64,000 bases of DNA, from sequence record MN850609.1; one strand, given 5' to 3'. Below the pieces are notes generated by a model. That model saw nothing but the letters and a program-made list of their open reading frames with translations, was not told where the DNA came from and did not search any database. Positions 56,146 to 64,000 of this stretch are shown piece by piece (the first letter of the stretch is position 1; every line of letters begins with the position of its first letter). The DNA comes from Escherichia phage dhaeg. A program made the position numbers and the translations under genes.

Positions 56146-56715
56146 ATGAACATCGAACAAAAATGTCTTTATCAAGACCGAATCAATTCTAAATTTTCAA
56201 AATCTGAACAAGCGTTGTTAGAGAAATGTCTGGATGCCAAAAAAGACCCTAACTTCCATTATGACCTAGACAAACTAGTTCGTAAGCATGTTACTTCGGT
56301 CGTTCCGGTAGAGCTTTATCGTGGGATTACTCCAAGAGAACTTGAGCAACTTGAAGTTCTTTCTGTCGGATGCCAGTGGTCTCCCGGCCGTGTTACTTCT
56401 TTTAGTACACAATACTCTCAGGCTCGTCAGTTCGCAGGGGCGTGGGAATATGGAACTAAAACCATCTTAAGTCTCAGGAATGCACCGTTCATTTTCGACT
56501 ACTACAATCATGCTATCGACCTTGTTCTTGCAGGGAATGTGGACGAACTTGAAATAGATGAAACCCGGATAGACCTCTATGATATGGTCGAAACTGAATG
56601 TGAGTTCATGGTCTCTAGTCTATCACGGTTCGAGATTGTGGAAATCGAAACTATCAAAAGAGACCCATACGAAATCGAGTACAAAATAATTCATTTAAAA
56701 ATGTTAGATTTTTAG
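56146..56715 (+). CDS. ADP-ribosyltransferase (ModA/ModB-like)
   Basis: R-S-E type motifs: LYRGI, SFSTQ, E-x-E (ECEF); paralog of next gene. Confidence 0.65.
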   Translation: MNIEQKCLYQDRINSKFSKSEQALLEKCLDAKKDPNFHYDLDKLVRKHVTSVVPVELYRGITPRELEQLEVLSVGCQWSPGRVTSFSTQYSQARQFAGAWEYGTKTILSLRNAPFIFDYYNHAIDLVLAGNVDELEIDETRIDLYDMVETECEFMVSSLSRFEIVEIETIKRDPYEIEYKIIHLKMLDF

Positions 56716-56756
56716 TTTACAGGCAAGGATGCTTGTGGTACTATCTTTCTATCAAC
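56715..56756 (+). promoter_or_regulatory. Early promoter cassette (GTTTAC-N18-TGgTACTATCTTTCTATCAAC)
   Basis: GTTTAC 56715-56720, TACTAT 56739-56744. Confidence 0.5.
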
Positions 56757-56769
56757 TGAGGAGAATAAT

Positions 56770-57384
56770 ATGTTATATCCAAATCATAAATTATCAGAGT
56801 TCTATGACAATGTTAAATGTGATGATTTCCGTGAAAACATTCAGGGTGAAATAGACGGGCAGTACTCTGATTTAGAACAGAGTGTCCTCTGGCAGTGCAT
56901 GGAAAATAAACCTGATTCTATCCAAGAAACTTTGAACAAAATCATTCGTAAGAATCTAACTTCTGTAGTGCCTGACAAACTGTACCGTGGAATTTCTAAG
57001 AAAACTTTGAAATACCTCGAATCGGTAGGATGTGTTGGTGCCACAATTGAATTTGACAGAGTAATGAGCTTCTCTAAAGATTTTAAGGTGGCCCGTAACT
57101 TTGCTTCATATAATTTTTACGGAACCAAAAATATTTTCTGTATTAATGATGCACCTTTTGCATTTGATTACCAGGAAGCAATCTTTAAAATGATTTGTGG
57201 CGCTCCTCCCGAAGAGTTCAACGGGCCATATCCAGAAATAACTCGTACTTCAAACTTGCAATTAGTAAACGATGAAGATGAGATGATGTTCCCTGCGGGA
57301 ACTACGCTACGCGTAGACTCTATTGAGAGAGTTTGTGGATGGCAAGATTATACATTATGGAATCTTTCCGTTCTTTCTTACTGA
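56770..57384 (+). CDS. ADP-ribosyltransferase (ModA/ModB-like)
   Basis: LYRGIS, MSFSKD, acidic catalytic region; paralog of previous gene. Confidence 0.65.
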   Translation: MLYPNHKLSEFYDNVKCDDFRENIQGEIDGQYSDLEQSVLWQCMENKPDSIQETLNKIIRKNLTSVVPDKLYRGISKKTLKYLESVGCVGATIEFDRVMSFSKDFKVARNFASYNFYGTKNIFCINDAPFAFDYQEAIFKMICGAPPEEFNGPYPEITRTSNLQLVNDEDEMMFPAGTTLRVDSIERVCGWQDYTLWNLSVLSY

Positions 57385-57453
57385 ACCACCCGGTTTAATT
57401 GAAAGGCAAAGTCCTTGATTCATTATACCGTCGAAAATTTAAAGCAAAAAAGT

Positions 57454-57494
57454 GTTTACTTTATTAAGCAACATGATACTATAGACCTATCAAC
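57454..57494 (+). promoter_or_regulatory. Early promoter cassette (GTTTAC-N17-TGaTACTATAGACCTATCAAC)
   Basis: GTTTAC 57454-57459, TACTAT 57477-57482. Confidence 0.6.
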
Positions 57495-57522
57495 TAATCG
57501 TCCGTAAGATGAGAAAAATATC

Positions 57523-58272
57523 ATGCCTACTATTAAAACTAACGATGAATTTGAGTTAAAGGTTTACAACCGCCGCAAACACACCAAAGCTTCTGCTTGT
57601 AAACGCGGTAAGGACTTCAATCTGTCTAGTAAGTATGTTCGTAGACTTCTCGAACAAAAAGTGTGCGCTTATTCGGGCGAGTACTTTGATGAAAATTCAG
57701 TTAATGACAAGATTTCATTTGAACGTTTTAACAACGATATCGGCTATATTGAGGGTAATGTAATCCCAGTTAAAGTTAAGTATAACAGCTTACGTGCCGA
57801 TTTGTCCCTTGATGAACTGAAACGTGCTCAGACTCGTTTAGCAGTTCGTATTTCAGGTAGTTCTAAAATGCCTAATAGTTTTAAAGTTACTCCTGATAAC
57901 TATTATAAAATCCGTAAAATCGTTAAAAATATAAAAGATACCCAAAGAGGTCTTAAAAAACGTGAAAAACGTCTTAAAGACCTTATTAAATCAGGAGCTA
58001 CTGATAAGACTCCTTCTGTTATCGCAGTTAAGGCCCGTATCCACGGTTCTAACGCTTCAATCGGTACTATGGAAAAAGGTCTTAAATCTTTAATTGGTGG
58101 GCCTGATTGGCGTGTCAAGTTTAAATTGTCTGAAGCAGAAACGCGTTACGATATGTATGATAAAATTATTCAAGGTCTGGAGCGTTTAGAACACCTTTCT
58201 TTTATTGACAAATTGAAGTTGAAAAAAGGTCTTCCATTGAATGCTTCAATTTTTTCACTGATTAGAGGTTAA
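57523..58272 (+). CDS. Hypothetical basic protein (249 aa; at the T4 srd position)
   Basis: Position upstream of dda; no motif confirmed. Confidence 0.6.
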   Translation: MPTIKTNDEFELKVYNRRKHTKASACKRGKDFNLSSKYVRRLLEQKVCAYSGEYFDENSVNDKISFERFNNDIGYIEGNVIPVKVKYNSLRADLSLDELKRAQTRLAVRISGSSKMPNSFKVTPDNYYKIRKIVKNIKDTQRGLKKREKRLKDLIKSGATDKTPSVIAVKARIHGSNASIGTMEKGLKSLIGGPDWRVKFKLSEAETRYDMYDKIIQGLERLEHLSFIDKLKLKKGLPLNASIFSLIRG

Positions 58273-58276
58273 CGTG

Positions 58277-58573
58277 ATGTACTATGCATACGTATTAGTT
58301 CACAAAGACAAAGATGGGTACGAACATCCGCTAGAATATGACGGAAAGGTGACCTTATACACCACAAAAGCGGGCGCAGAATATGAACTTGCCAACTATT
58401 CATATACTACAAACCGATATTTACGCATGGGACGTATTGAAACAGTATGCACACCTAGAAAATGGTGGTTTGATAAGTGGGAAACAAAAACTGTTTTTCC
58501 GACTGAAGAACATGCACGAGAATTGAAATTAGTTTTAGACACTTTATATGTTAAGCGAGTAAAATTGGCATGA
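58277..58573 (+). CDS. Hypothetical small protein
   Basis: ATG after SD AGAGG. Confidence 0.55.
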   Translation: MYYAYVLVHKDKDGYEHPLEYDGKVTLYTTKAGAEYELANYSYTTNRYLRMGRIETVCTPRKWWFDKWETKTVFPTEEHARELKLVLDTLYVKRVKLA

Positions 58574-59901
58574 TTACATTTGAAGACTTGAACATCGGCC
58601 AGAGGACGGCCTTTAAAGAAATCATTGAAGCTATTAAACGACGTAAGGGCGAATGGATTACATTGAATGGTCCTGCCGGTACAGGTAAAACGACCCTTAC
58701 TAAATTTATTCTTGACCACTTAGTCAAGAATGGCGAACTCGGAGTTATTTTGACCGCACCCACACACGCGGCCAAGAAGGTATTGTCGAAACTCGCAGGC
58801 CAAGAAGCATCGACAATCCACCGAATCTTAAAGATTAACCCGACTACATACGAAGACCAGGATATTTTTGAACAGCGTGAAGCTCCTGACTTGAGCAAAT
58901 GTAATGTTCTTGTGGTCGACGAAGGCTCAATGATTGACGGTAAGTTGTTTAAGATTATCGAAGCATCGGTTCCACCATGGTGCACTGTACTAGGGATTGG
59001 CGACCGAGCTCAGTTACAGCCAGTAGAACCTGGAAGTGATGGTAGTCCTCAGTTGTCTCCATTCTTTACCCACCCTAAAATTAAACAGCTACACCTTACT
59101 GAAGTAATGCGTAGTAATGCTCCTATCATTGAGGTTGCTACTGAAATCCGTAATGGTGGATGGTTCCGAGATTGTATATTCGAAGGCCATGGTGTCCATG
59201 GTTTCAAATCTCAAACAGCCTTAAAAGATTTTATGATGAATTATTTTTCCATCGTAAAAGATGCCGATGCCTTGTTTGAGAACCGGATGTTTGCTTATAC
59301 GAATAAATCGGTTGAAAAGCTGAATAGCATTATTCGTAAAAAGCTTTATGAAACCGATGCGCCTTATATCAAGGGTGAAATCCTCGTGATGCAAGAGCCT
59401 TTTATGAAGGAGCTTGAATACGACGGTAAGAAATTCTCTGAAACCATTTTTAATAACGGGCAAATGGTTCGTATTTTAGATGTGAACCATACCTCATTGT
59501 TCTTGTCTGCCAAGGATGTAGGCACTCGCCAGATGATTAATTACTGGGACCTCCAGGTTGAATCTATCGATGAAGATGACGAGTACTACGTAGAACACTT
59601 GAAAGTTATTGATGAGGCTTCAGTTGAGAAGTTCCATTATTTCTTGGCTAAGGTGGCTACTGAGTACAAGGCTATGCGTGGAACCGGTAAGAAACCTAAG
59701 TGGGCTGATTTCTGGAAAGCCAAGAGAATGTTCACTAAGGTTAGAGCTCTTCCGGTGAGCACTGTTCATAAATCACAAGGCCTTACTGTCCAAAACAGTT
59801 TCATCTATACTCCGTGCATGCACATGGCTGATGCGAATTTAGCTTCACAGCTGGCTTATGTTAGTATTACCCGTGCTCGTACTGATGCCTATTATGTTTG
59901 A
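58570..59901 (+). CDS. dda: Dda 5'-3' DNA helicase (SF1B)
   Basis: Colinear with T4 Dda as recalled; Walker A GPAGTGKTT, DE..SM, ... Confidence 0.9.
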   Translation: MITFEDLNIGQRTAFKEIIEAIKRRKGEWITLNGPAGTGKTTLTKFILDHLVKNGELGVILTAPTHAAKKVLSKLAGQEASTIHRILKINPTTYEDQDIFEQREAPDLSKCNVLVVDEGSMIDGKLFKIIEASVPPWCTVLGIGDRAQLQPVEPGSDGSPQLSPFFTHPKIKQLHLTEVMRSNAPIIEVATEIRNGGWFRDCIFEGHGVHGFKSQTALKDFMMNYFSIVKDADALFENRMFAYTNKSVEKLNSIIRKKLYETDAPYIKGEILVMQEPFMKELEYDGKKFSETIFNNGQMVRILDVNHTSLFLSAKDVGTRQMINYWDLQVESIDEDDEYYVEHLKVIDEASVEKFHYFLAKVATEYKAMRGTGKKPKWADFWKAKRMFTKVRALPVSTVHKSQGLTVQNSFIYTPCMHMADANLASQLAYVSITRARTDAYYV

Positions 59902-59908
59902 GGAAAAT

Positions 59909-60148
59909 ATGATTAAAGTAACTAAAGACCAGTTTTATAAGTTGAAATTTGAGACGGAATATATTATTAAGGTCAATCAAGACAATACCAATATCCGTGG
60001 CAAGGCTCATAAGGTCTTGCATTCACTTAAAGAGATTGAAAGTGATTTTATTGCAGTGCAAAAACTGATGGACGACAATATCTCTTCGGTTTATATTGAA
60101 GACTATACGGTCGGCCAAATCCGAGACCTTATGAGGTATGTTAAATGA
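59909..60148 (+). CDS. Hypothetical small protein
   Basis: SD TGAGGAAAATATG. Confidence 0.55.
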   Translation: MIKVTKDQFYKLKFETEYIIKVNQDNTNIRGKAHKVLHSLKEIESDFIAVQKLMDDNISSVYIEDYTVGQIRDLMRYVK

Positions 60149-60819
60149 AAGATATAATTATTGACTTCGAAACCTTTGCTACTACTCAAAATGCGGCGGT
60201 TATTGACCTCGCCGTAATTGCTTATGACCCCAATCCAGAGGTAGTAGAATCTTTTGAAGAGCTTACACAACGCGGCCTTCGTATTAAATTCGATTTGGCT
60301 TCTCAACGTGATAAACGTCTGTTCTCTAAAAGCACATTGCAGTGGTGGAAAGAACAAGGACCTGAAGCACGTAAAAACCTGGCTCCGTCTGAAATTGATG
60401 TGAGTACTTCTATCGGCCTTGGTAATTTCTTGGAATACTGCCGTAAAAACGAAGTGGACCAATGGAAATCCCAGATGTGGTGCCGTGGAATGTCCTTTGA
60501 CTTTCCGATCTTAGTGGACCTTATTCGCGATGCTTATCGTTCTGAAGGTGTTCCTGAGAACGAAATCGATACAACTAAGTTGGAACCGGTTAAATTCTGG
60601 AACCAACGTGATATCCGTACAGCTATTGAAGCGTATTCACTGACACGCGGATTGAGCATGTGCCCTCTGCCTAACGGAACCTTGAATGGCTTTGTTGCTC
60701 ACGACTCTATCCATGACTGTGCTAAGGATATCTTGATGCTGAAATATGCCCAACGATATGCTTTAAACCTGGAAGATGTTCCTGAGTATCCAGACCCATT
60801 AAGTATAAAAAATCGGTAA
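60145..60819 (+). CDS. dexA: Exonuclease A (DnaQ-like 3'-5' exonuclease)
   Basis: N-term IIIDFETFA (Exo I DxE), 224 aa; position after dda as in T4. Confidence 0.85.
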   Translation: MKDIIIDFETFATTQNAAVIDLAVIAYDPNPEVVESFEELTQRGLRIKFDLASQRDKRLFSKSTLQWWKEQGPEARKNLAPSEIDVSTSIGLGNFLEYCRKNEVDQWKSQMWCRGMSFDFPILVDLIRDAYRSEGVPENEIDTTKLEPVKFWNQRDIRTAIEAYSLTRGLSMCPLPNGTLNGFVAHDSIHDCAKDILMLKYAQRYALNLEDVPEYPDPLSIKNR

Positions 60820-60823
60820 AAGT

Positions 60824-60864
60824 GTTTACTTCTCCTCATGACATGATACTATAACCCTATCAAC
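60824..60864 (+). promoter_or_regulatory. Early promoter cassette with perfect 11-bp stem arms TTCTCCTCATG / CATGAGGAGAA flanking the -10
   Basis: GTTTAC 60824-60829, TACTAT 60847-60852. Confidence 0.6.
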
Positions 60865-60878
60865 ATGAGGAGAACAAA

Positions 60879-61382
60879 ATGAAAATTTATCGAGTCGAGT
60901 CATCGTTCAGTATCTTAGATAATAGTGATGCTATCGCAATTACTCGCCAGCAATGCCGCCAATTAACACCTTATAGAGGCTCATTTGATGAATGGAGCGA
61001 AGGCTGGTTATTGGAAGTAGGTTTTGACAGGCCTAATTTTAGACACCATCATACTAATAATAAAAGCATCCCACTACCAAGTCAAGATGAATTGTTGGTT
61101 AAAAATTCTAATGCAGTAATTAAAACCAAATTCGAACATGAAGATTATAAAGGTGTAGATAACTATATCCCTGGTTGGTTTGTTAACCTCTACCATTTTG
61201 CTTTTGCCAGCGAGTATGATATGATGCGCTGGTTCACTCGTGAAGAGCGTGCGGAATTATCTTCTAAAGGATTCTACCTTGCTGTTTACGAAATCCCTGA
61301 AGATGAGGTTGTCATTGGTGACCGCCAAGTAATGTTCCGCAAATCCCATGCTGAACTCGTAGATTTTATTGAAATGAGATAA
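60879..61382 (+). CDS. Hypothetical protein
   Basis: SD CATGAGGAGAACAAAATG. Confidence 0.6.
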   Translation: MKIYRVESSFSILDNSDAIAITRQQCRQLTPYRGSFDEWSEGWLLEVGFDRPNFRHHHTNNKSIPLPSQDELLVKNSNAVIKTKFEHEDYKGVDNYIPGWFVNLYHFAFASEYDMMRWFTREERAELSSKGFYLAVYEIPEDEVVIGDRQVMFRKSHAELVDFIEMR

Positions 61383-61384
61383 TT

Positions 61385-61936
61385 ATGAAATTTAATTATA
61401 ATCCTAAATACACACCGAACCCAGCAGCCAAATTGATTGATTTTGATGTTTTAAGCACTTATGTGGCCCCTATTGAACCATTAGAAATTAAGGAAACCAC
61501 TATGACTACTCAGACTATCGAAATCGGCAAAACCTACAAACTGGTTGAACCTGAAATTAAAACTAAGGCCTTGATTTCTGGTTATAAAACTCTGACTGAT
61601 GTTTTTGGCGAAGGCGAATTTATTGTTGAAGAATTCGCCAAAAGTGACTGGTTTACTAAATCTTACGTAATCCACGGCCGCCGGTTAGATAATAATAGAA
61701 TAGAGAAAACCCTAGTCTATGAAGCTGAATTTGGGCTTTTCCGTGAAGTCAGAGTCGAACAAGACCCTACCGACCTGTTGTGTGCTGCTGTGGCTATCCG
61801 TCGTCCTTTTGATAATCCTATCTGTGGTTGGGTAACAGACCAATGGATTGAAGATGGTGTTGAACTGCTGAACGTTGTACATGCTGGTGATTTTAGCATA
61901 GTACCTCGTAGTGCAGTGGTTAATGTATTGAATTAA
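61385..61936 (+). CDS. Hypothetical protein, paralog A (C-terminal GWVTDQWIEDGVEL domain)
   Basis: Shares C-terminal motif with 62010-62576. Confidence 0.6.
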   Translation: MKFNYNPKYTPNPAAKLIDFDVLSTYVAPIEPLEIKETTMTTQTIEIGKTYKLVEPEIKTKALISGYKTLTDVFGEGEFIVEEFAKSDWFTKSYVIHGRRLDNNRIEKTLVYEAEFGLFREVRVEQDPTDLLCAAVAIRRPFDNPICGWVTDQWIEDGVELLNVVHAGDFSIVPRSAVVNVLN

Positions 61937-61938
61937 TA

Positions 61939-61967
61939 GTTTACTTTATCGAGAGCCATGTTATAAT
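61939..61967 (+). promoter_or_regulatory. Early promoter (GTTTAC-N17-TATAAT) with -10 inside inverted repeat GAGAGCCAT/ATGGCTCTC
   Basis: GTTTAC 61939-61944, TATAAT 61962-61967. Confidence 0.5.
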
Positions 61968-62009
61968 GGCTCTCATGGATTATAAACCTTTAACCAAGAG
62001 AGAAAAATT

Positions 62010-62576
62010 ATGATTACTATTTCCGATATCGGCAGTATCGTTCGTGTATCCAAAAAGTCTCGTTCAAAAGCTGCGGGCAGTTTAGTTGAAGTTGTTAGCA
62101 TCCAACTTAAAGAAGGTGTCAGTGAAGAAAATTATGAAGTAAAAGTTCGTATCATTCCTAAAAATCGCCAGACTGAAACTCAATTCGGTTATGTGCGTGC
62201 TAAATTCTTGGAATCGACTGAATTTACCGGATACATCGCTCCTGTAGTTGAAGAAGTTGAATCCCATGATGGGTATGTATGTGAAAGCAATGATATCCGT
62301 GGCGTAGTAGCTCAAGACATTGAAACTATTGACCAATCTCATGTCGGCGTTGATTTCAAATGGAAATTAGGTCGAGGAGTGTGTTTTAATACTCCTAAAC
62401 CGTTCAAATATGTTGACGAACCTTTTGGTACTTACGAAACCAGTAGCATGTCTGGTTACATCACAGACCAGTGGGTTGAAGGTGGCGTTAAGCTCTATAA
62501 CATCGTGTTCCTTGGAACCTTTAAAGTGGTTCCTGAAAGCTTTATTGTTGAATATGCTAATATTCATCGTGCATAA
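62010..62576 (+). CDS. Hypothetical protein, paralog B (C-terminal GYITDQWVEGGVKL domain)
   Basis: SD AGAGAGAAAAATTATG; shares C-terminal motif with 61385-61936. Confidence 0.6.
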   Translation: MITISDIGSIVRVSKKSRSKAAGSLVEVVSIQLKEGVSEENYEVKVRIIPKNRQTETQFGYVRAKFLESTEFTGYIAPVVEEVESHDGYVCESNDIRGVVAQDIETIDQSHVGVDFKWKLGRGVCFNTPKPFKYVDEPFGTYETSSMSGYITDQWVEGGVKLYNIVFLGTFKVVPESFIVEYANIHRA

Positions 62577-62588
62577 AGTTTAAAAACA

Positions 62589-62630
62589 GTATACAATACG
62601 GTAGGGTAGTGATACTATTACCCTATCAAC
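62589..62630 (+). promoter_or_regulatory. Early promoter cassette variant (GTATAC ... TGaTACTATTACCCTATCAAC)
   Basis: TACTAT 62613-62618; conserved CCTATCAAC. Confidence 0.5.
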
Positions 62631-62648
62631 AAATGAGAGGAAAATAAA

Positions 62649-62867
62649 ATGGCTAAAGTTACTGTGAACTCGACTCGTGAAGAATTTGAAGATGTTCTGT
62701 TCAACCCTGATTTAATCGTGGTTCAAAAGGAACATTCTGATACGTTTTCTCATTTATCGTCGGTTTATGTATACGAAAATCAAGGTGATAAAAACCCTAT
62801 ATATGCAGTGTTCCGTGAAATCACTGCTGAAGGCACCGACTTCTGGAAGGAAACTTACAATGCTTAA
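62649..62867 (+). CDS. Hypothetical small protein
   Basis: SD GAGAGGAAAATAAAATG. Confidence 0.55.
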   Translation: MAKVTVNSTREEFEDVLFNPDLIVVQKEHSDTFSHLSSVYVYENQGDKNPIYAVFREITAEGTDFWKETYNA

Positions 62868-63297
62868 TCAAGAACTCGAATTTGAAAAAGGTAAATGGTA
62901 CTATTTTAAAGATGATGCTGCAGAAGCTGAATTCCGTAAGCTGAATTCCCATAATATTAGGACTCCTAATAATTCTTCTATAGCAGATATTATTGTCAAT
63001 TCTGAAGGTTTTTGCCCTGTTAGATTAGCGGCAGGATATGTGATGAACGTAGACTTGGCTTATGGCGATAACATTGATATGGTTTTATATCCAAGCGAGC
63101 GTAAATTCTTTACGGAAATGGTTGTAGTTGACAGTGAAGACGAATGGGCCGAAGATGGTTTCTCTGAAGACGAAGACCAGTCTGAAGATGCGGCTCCATT
63201 TGAACCGAGTGATTTCCCTTTGACTAAAATCACTATCTCTAATAATTCTGAAGCCTGGACTGTTTACCAGATGCTAAAAGCTCACTTTAAGGAATAA
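62860..63297 (+). CDS. Hypothetical acidic protein
   Basis: ATG 62860 after SD GGAAGGAAA. Confidence 0.55.
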   Translation: MLNQELEFEKGKWYYFKDDAAEAEFRKLNSHNIRTPNNSSIADIIVNSEGFCPVRLAAGYVMNVDLAYGDNIDMVLYPSERKFFTEMVVVDSEDEWAEDGFSEDEDQSEDAAPFEPSDFPLTKITISNNSEAWTVYQMLKAHFKE

Positions 63298-63298
63298 T

Positions 63299-63475
63299 AT
63301 GCCACTTTATGATTACAAATGCCAATCCGAAGACTGTGCAAAAGAATACGAAAAAATCAAGAAAATCTCTGAAAGAGATAATGATATTTGTCCTGATTGC
63401 CATAGGCTGGCTGTTCGGTTAGTCTCGGCCCCTAAACATGTTAATGGCGGTTTTTACGACCTGCTGACTAAGTGA
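63299..63475 (+). CDS. Small zinc-ribbon protein (FmdB-like CxxC...CxxC)
   Basis: YKCQSEDCAKEYE...DICPDCH; 58 aa. Confidence 0.4.
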   Translation: MPLYDYKCQSEDCAKEYEKIKKISERDNDICPDCHRLAVRLVSAPKHVNGGFYDLLTK

Positions 63476-63481
63476 GAAATT

Positions 63482-63742
63482 ATGAAATACGTTAATCGTT
63501 CTATTGCAGCTCTGGTACTAGCAGTTTCGTTGGTTGGTTGTACTGATGCCGATAATGCCGCCCGTGTATTGGATGCAAATGGCTACAAACAAATCCAAAT
63601 CACAGGATACAACCTATTTGGCTGTTCTGAAGATGATTTCCAACGTACAGGCTTTATTGCTGTAGGTCCGACAGGTAAAAGGGTTGAAGGAACAGTTTGT
63701 TCTGGGTTATTCTTTAAAAAGTCGACCATCCGATTTGATTAA
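63482..63742 (+). CDS. Small lipoprotein
   Basis: Lipobox LVGC; SD AGTGAGAAATTATG. Confidence 0.55.
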   Translation: MKYVNRSIAALVLAVSLVGCTDADNAARVLDANGYKQIQITGYNLFGCSEDDFQRTGFIAVGPTGKRVEGTVCSGLFFKKSTIRFD

Positions 63743-63760
63743 GGGCTTCGGCCCTTTTAT
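63743..63760 (+). terminator. Hairpin terminator (weak T-tract)
   Basis: GGGC-TTCG-GCCC followed by TTTTAT. Confidence 0.45.
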
Positions 63761-63808
63761 GCTTTAAGTGAAATGGGATAATATTCTCCTACTACATGAG
63801 GAAATAAC

Positions 63809-64000
63809 ATGATTAAGAATGAAATTAAAGTACTGTCCGACATTGAACATATCAAAAAACGTAGTGGGATGTATATTGGCTCTAGTGCTAATGAAGCCCA
63901 TGGTCGATTCCTGTTCGGTAATTTTACACAGGTGAACTATGTTCCAGGGCTAGTTAAATTAATTGATGAAATCATTGATAACTCTGTCGATGAAGCTATT
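63809..64000 (+). CDS. 39: DNA topoisomerase II large subunit gp39, N-terminal fragment (continues beyond window)
   Basis: MIKNEIKVLSDIEHIKKRSGMYIGSS... matches T4 gp39 N-terminus (GyrB-like ATPase). Confidence 0.85.
   Translation, partial: MIKNEIKVLSDIEHIKKRSGMYIGSSANEAHGRFLFGNFTQVNYVPGLVKLIDEIIDNSVDEAI

Noticed and set aside
57523-58272. Possible HNH-like motif in the 249-aa protein (C..Y..G...N...GN)
   Set aside because: No conserved His-Asn-His triad could be identified; the similarity is too weak to call an endonuclease.
1-64000. CRISPR arrays, integrase/transposase genes, homing endonucleases or group I introns
   Set aside because: No direct-repeat/spacer arrays, no recognisable GIY-YIG or HNH homing-endonuclease ORFs, and no intron-interrupted gene were seen. 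The repeated elements present are promoter cassettes, not CRISPR repeats.

Overview
This window is a contiguous stretch of the early/middle region of a T4-like (Tevenvirinae-type) myovirus, in reverse orientation to the conventional T4 map. It runs from the tRNA cluster (three tRNAs at 1-202) to the 5' end of gene 39 (topoisomerase II large subunit, 63809-64000). Almost all genes are on the + strand, tightly packed, often with overlapping stop/start codons (ATGA, TAATG). Recognisable T4 core genes in syntenic order are: IpIII-like internal protein, nudE, e (lysozyme), denV, tk, nrdC, 49, 55, 47, 46, 45, 44, 62, regA, 43, imm, uvsX, 40, 41, sp, 61, 56, soc, two ModA/ModB-like ADP-ribosyltransferases, dda and dexA. 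Between them lie many small ORFs of unknown function in hyperplastic regions. The most interesting locus is 42494-46668, in the slot where T4 has 42 and beta-gt: a sugar-1-phosphate nucleotidyltransferase fused to an APH-fold kinase, a small HAD phosphatase, a P-loop nucleotide kinase, a diverged dCMP-hydroxymethylase-like enzyme and a 297-aa protein of unknown fold. No alpha-gt is present between 55 and 47. I read this as a candidate non-glucose DNA sugar hypermodification pathway (arabinosyl-hmC-like), which is inference only. Other notable features are about 20 copies of a conserved early-promoter/stem-loop cassette (GTTTAC-N17-TGaTACTATAGACCTATCAAC), T4 late-promoter boxes in front of the Ip gene, e, 49 and soc, a five-member tandem family of small proteins sharing a C-terminal W-x-SSS-x-x-C tail, a macro-domain protein, a pol-beta-type nucleotidyltransferase next to an AAA+ ATPase, and one well-supported minus-strand small membrane protein convergent with gene 61. 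All protein calls rest on motif recognition and remembered similarity to T4 proteins; nothing was searched against a database.
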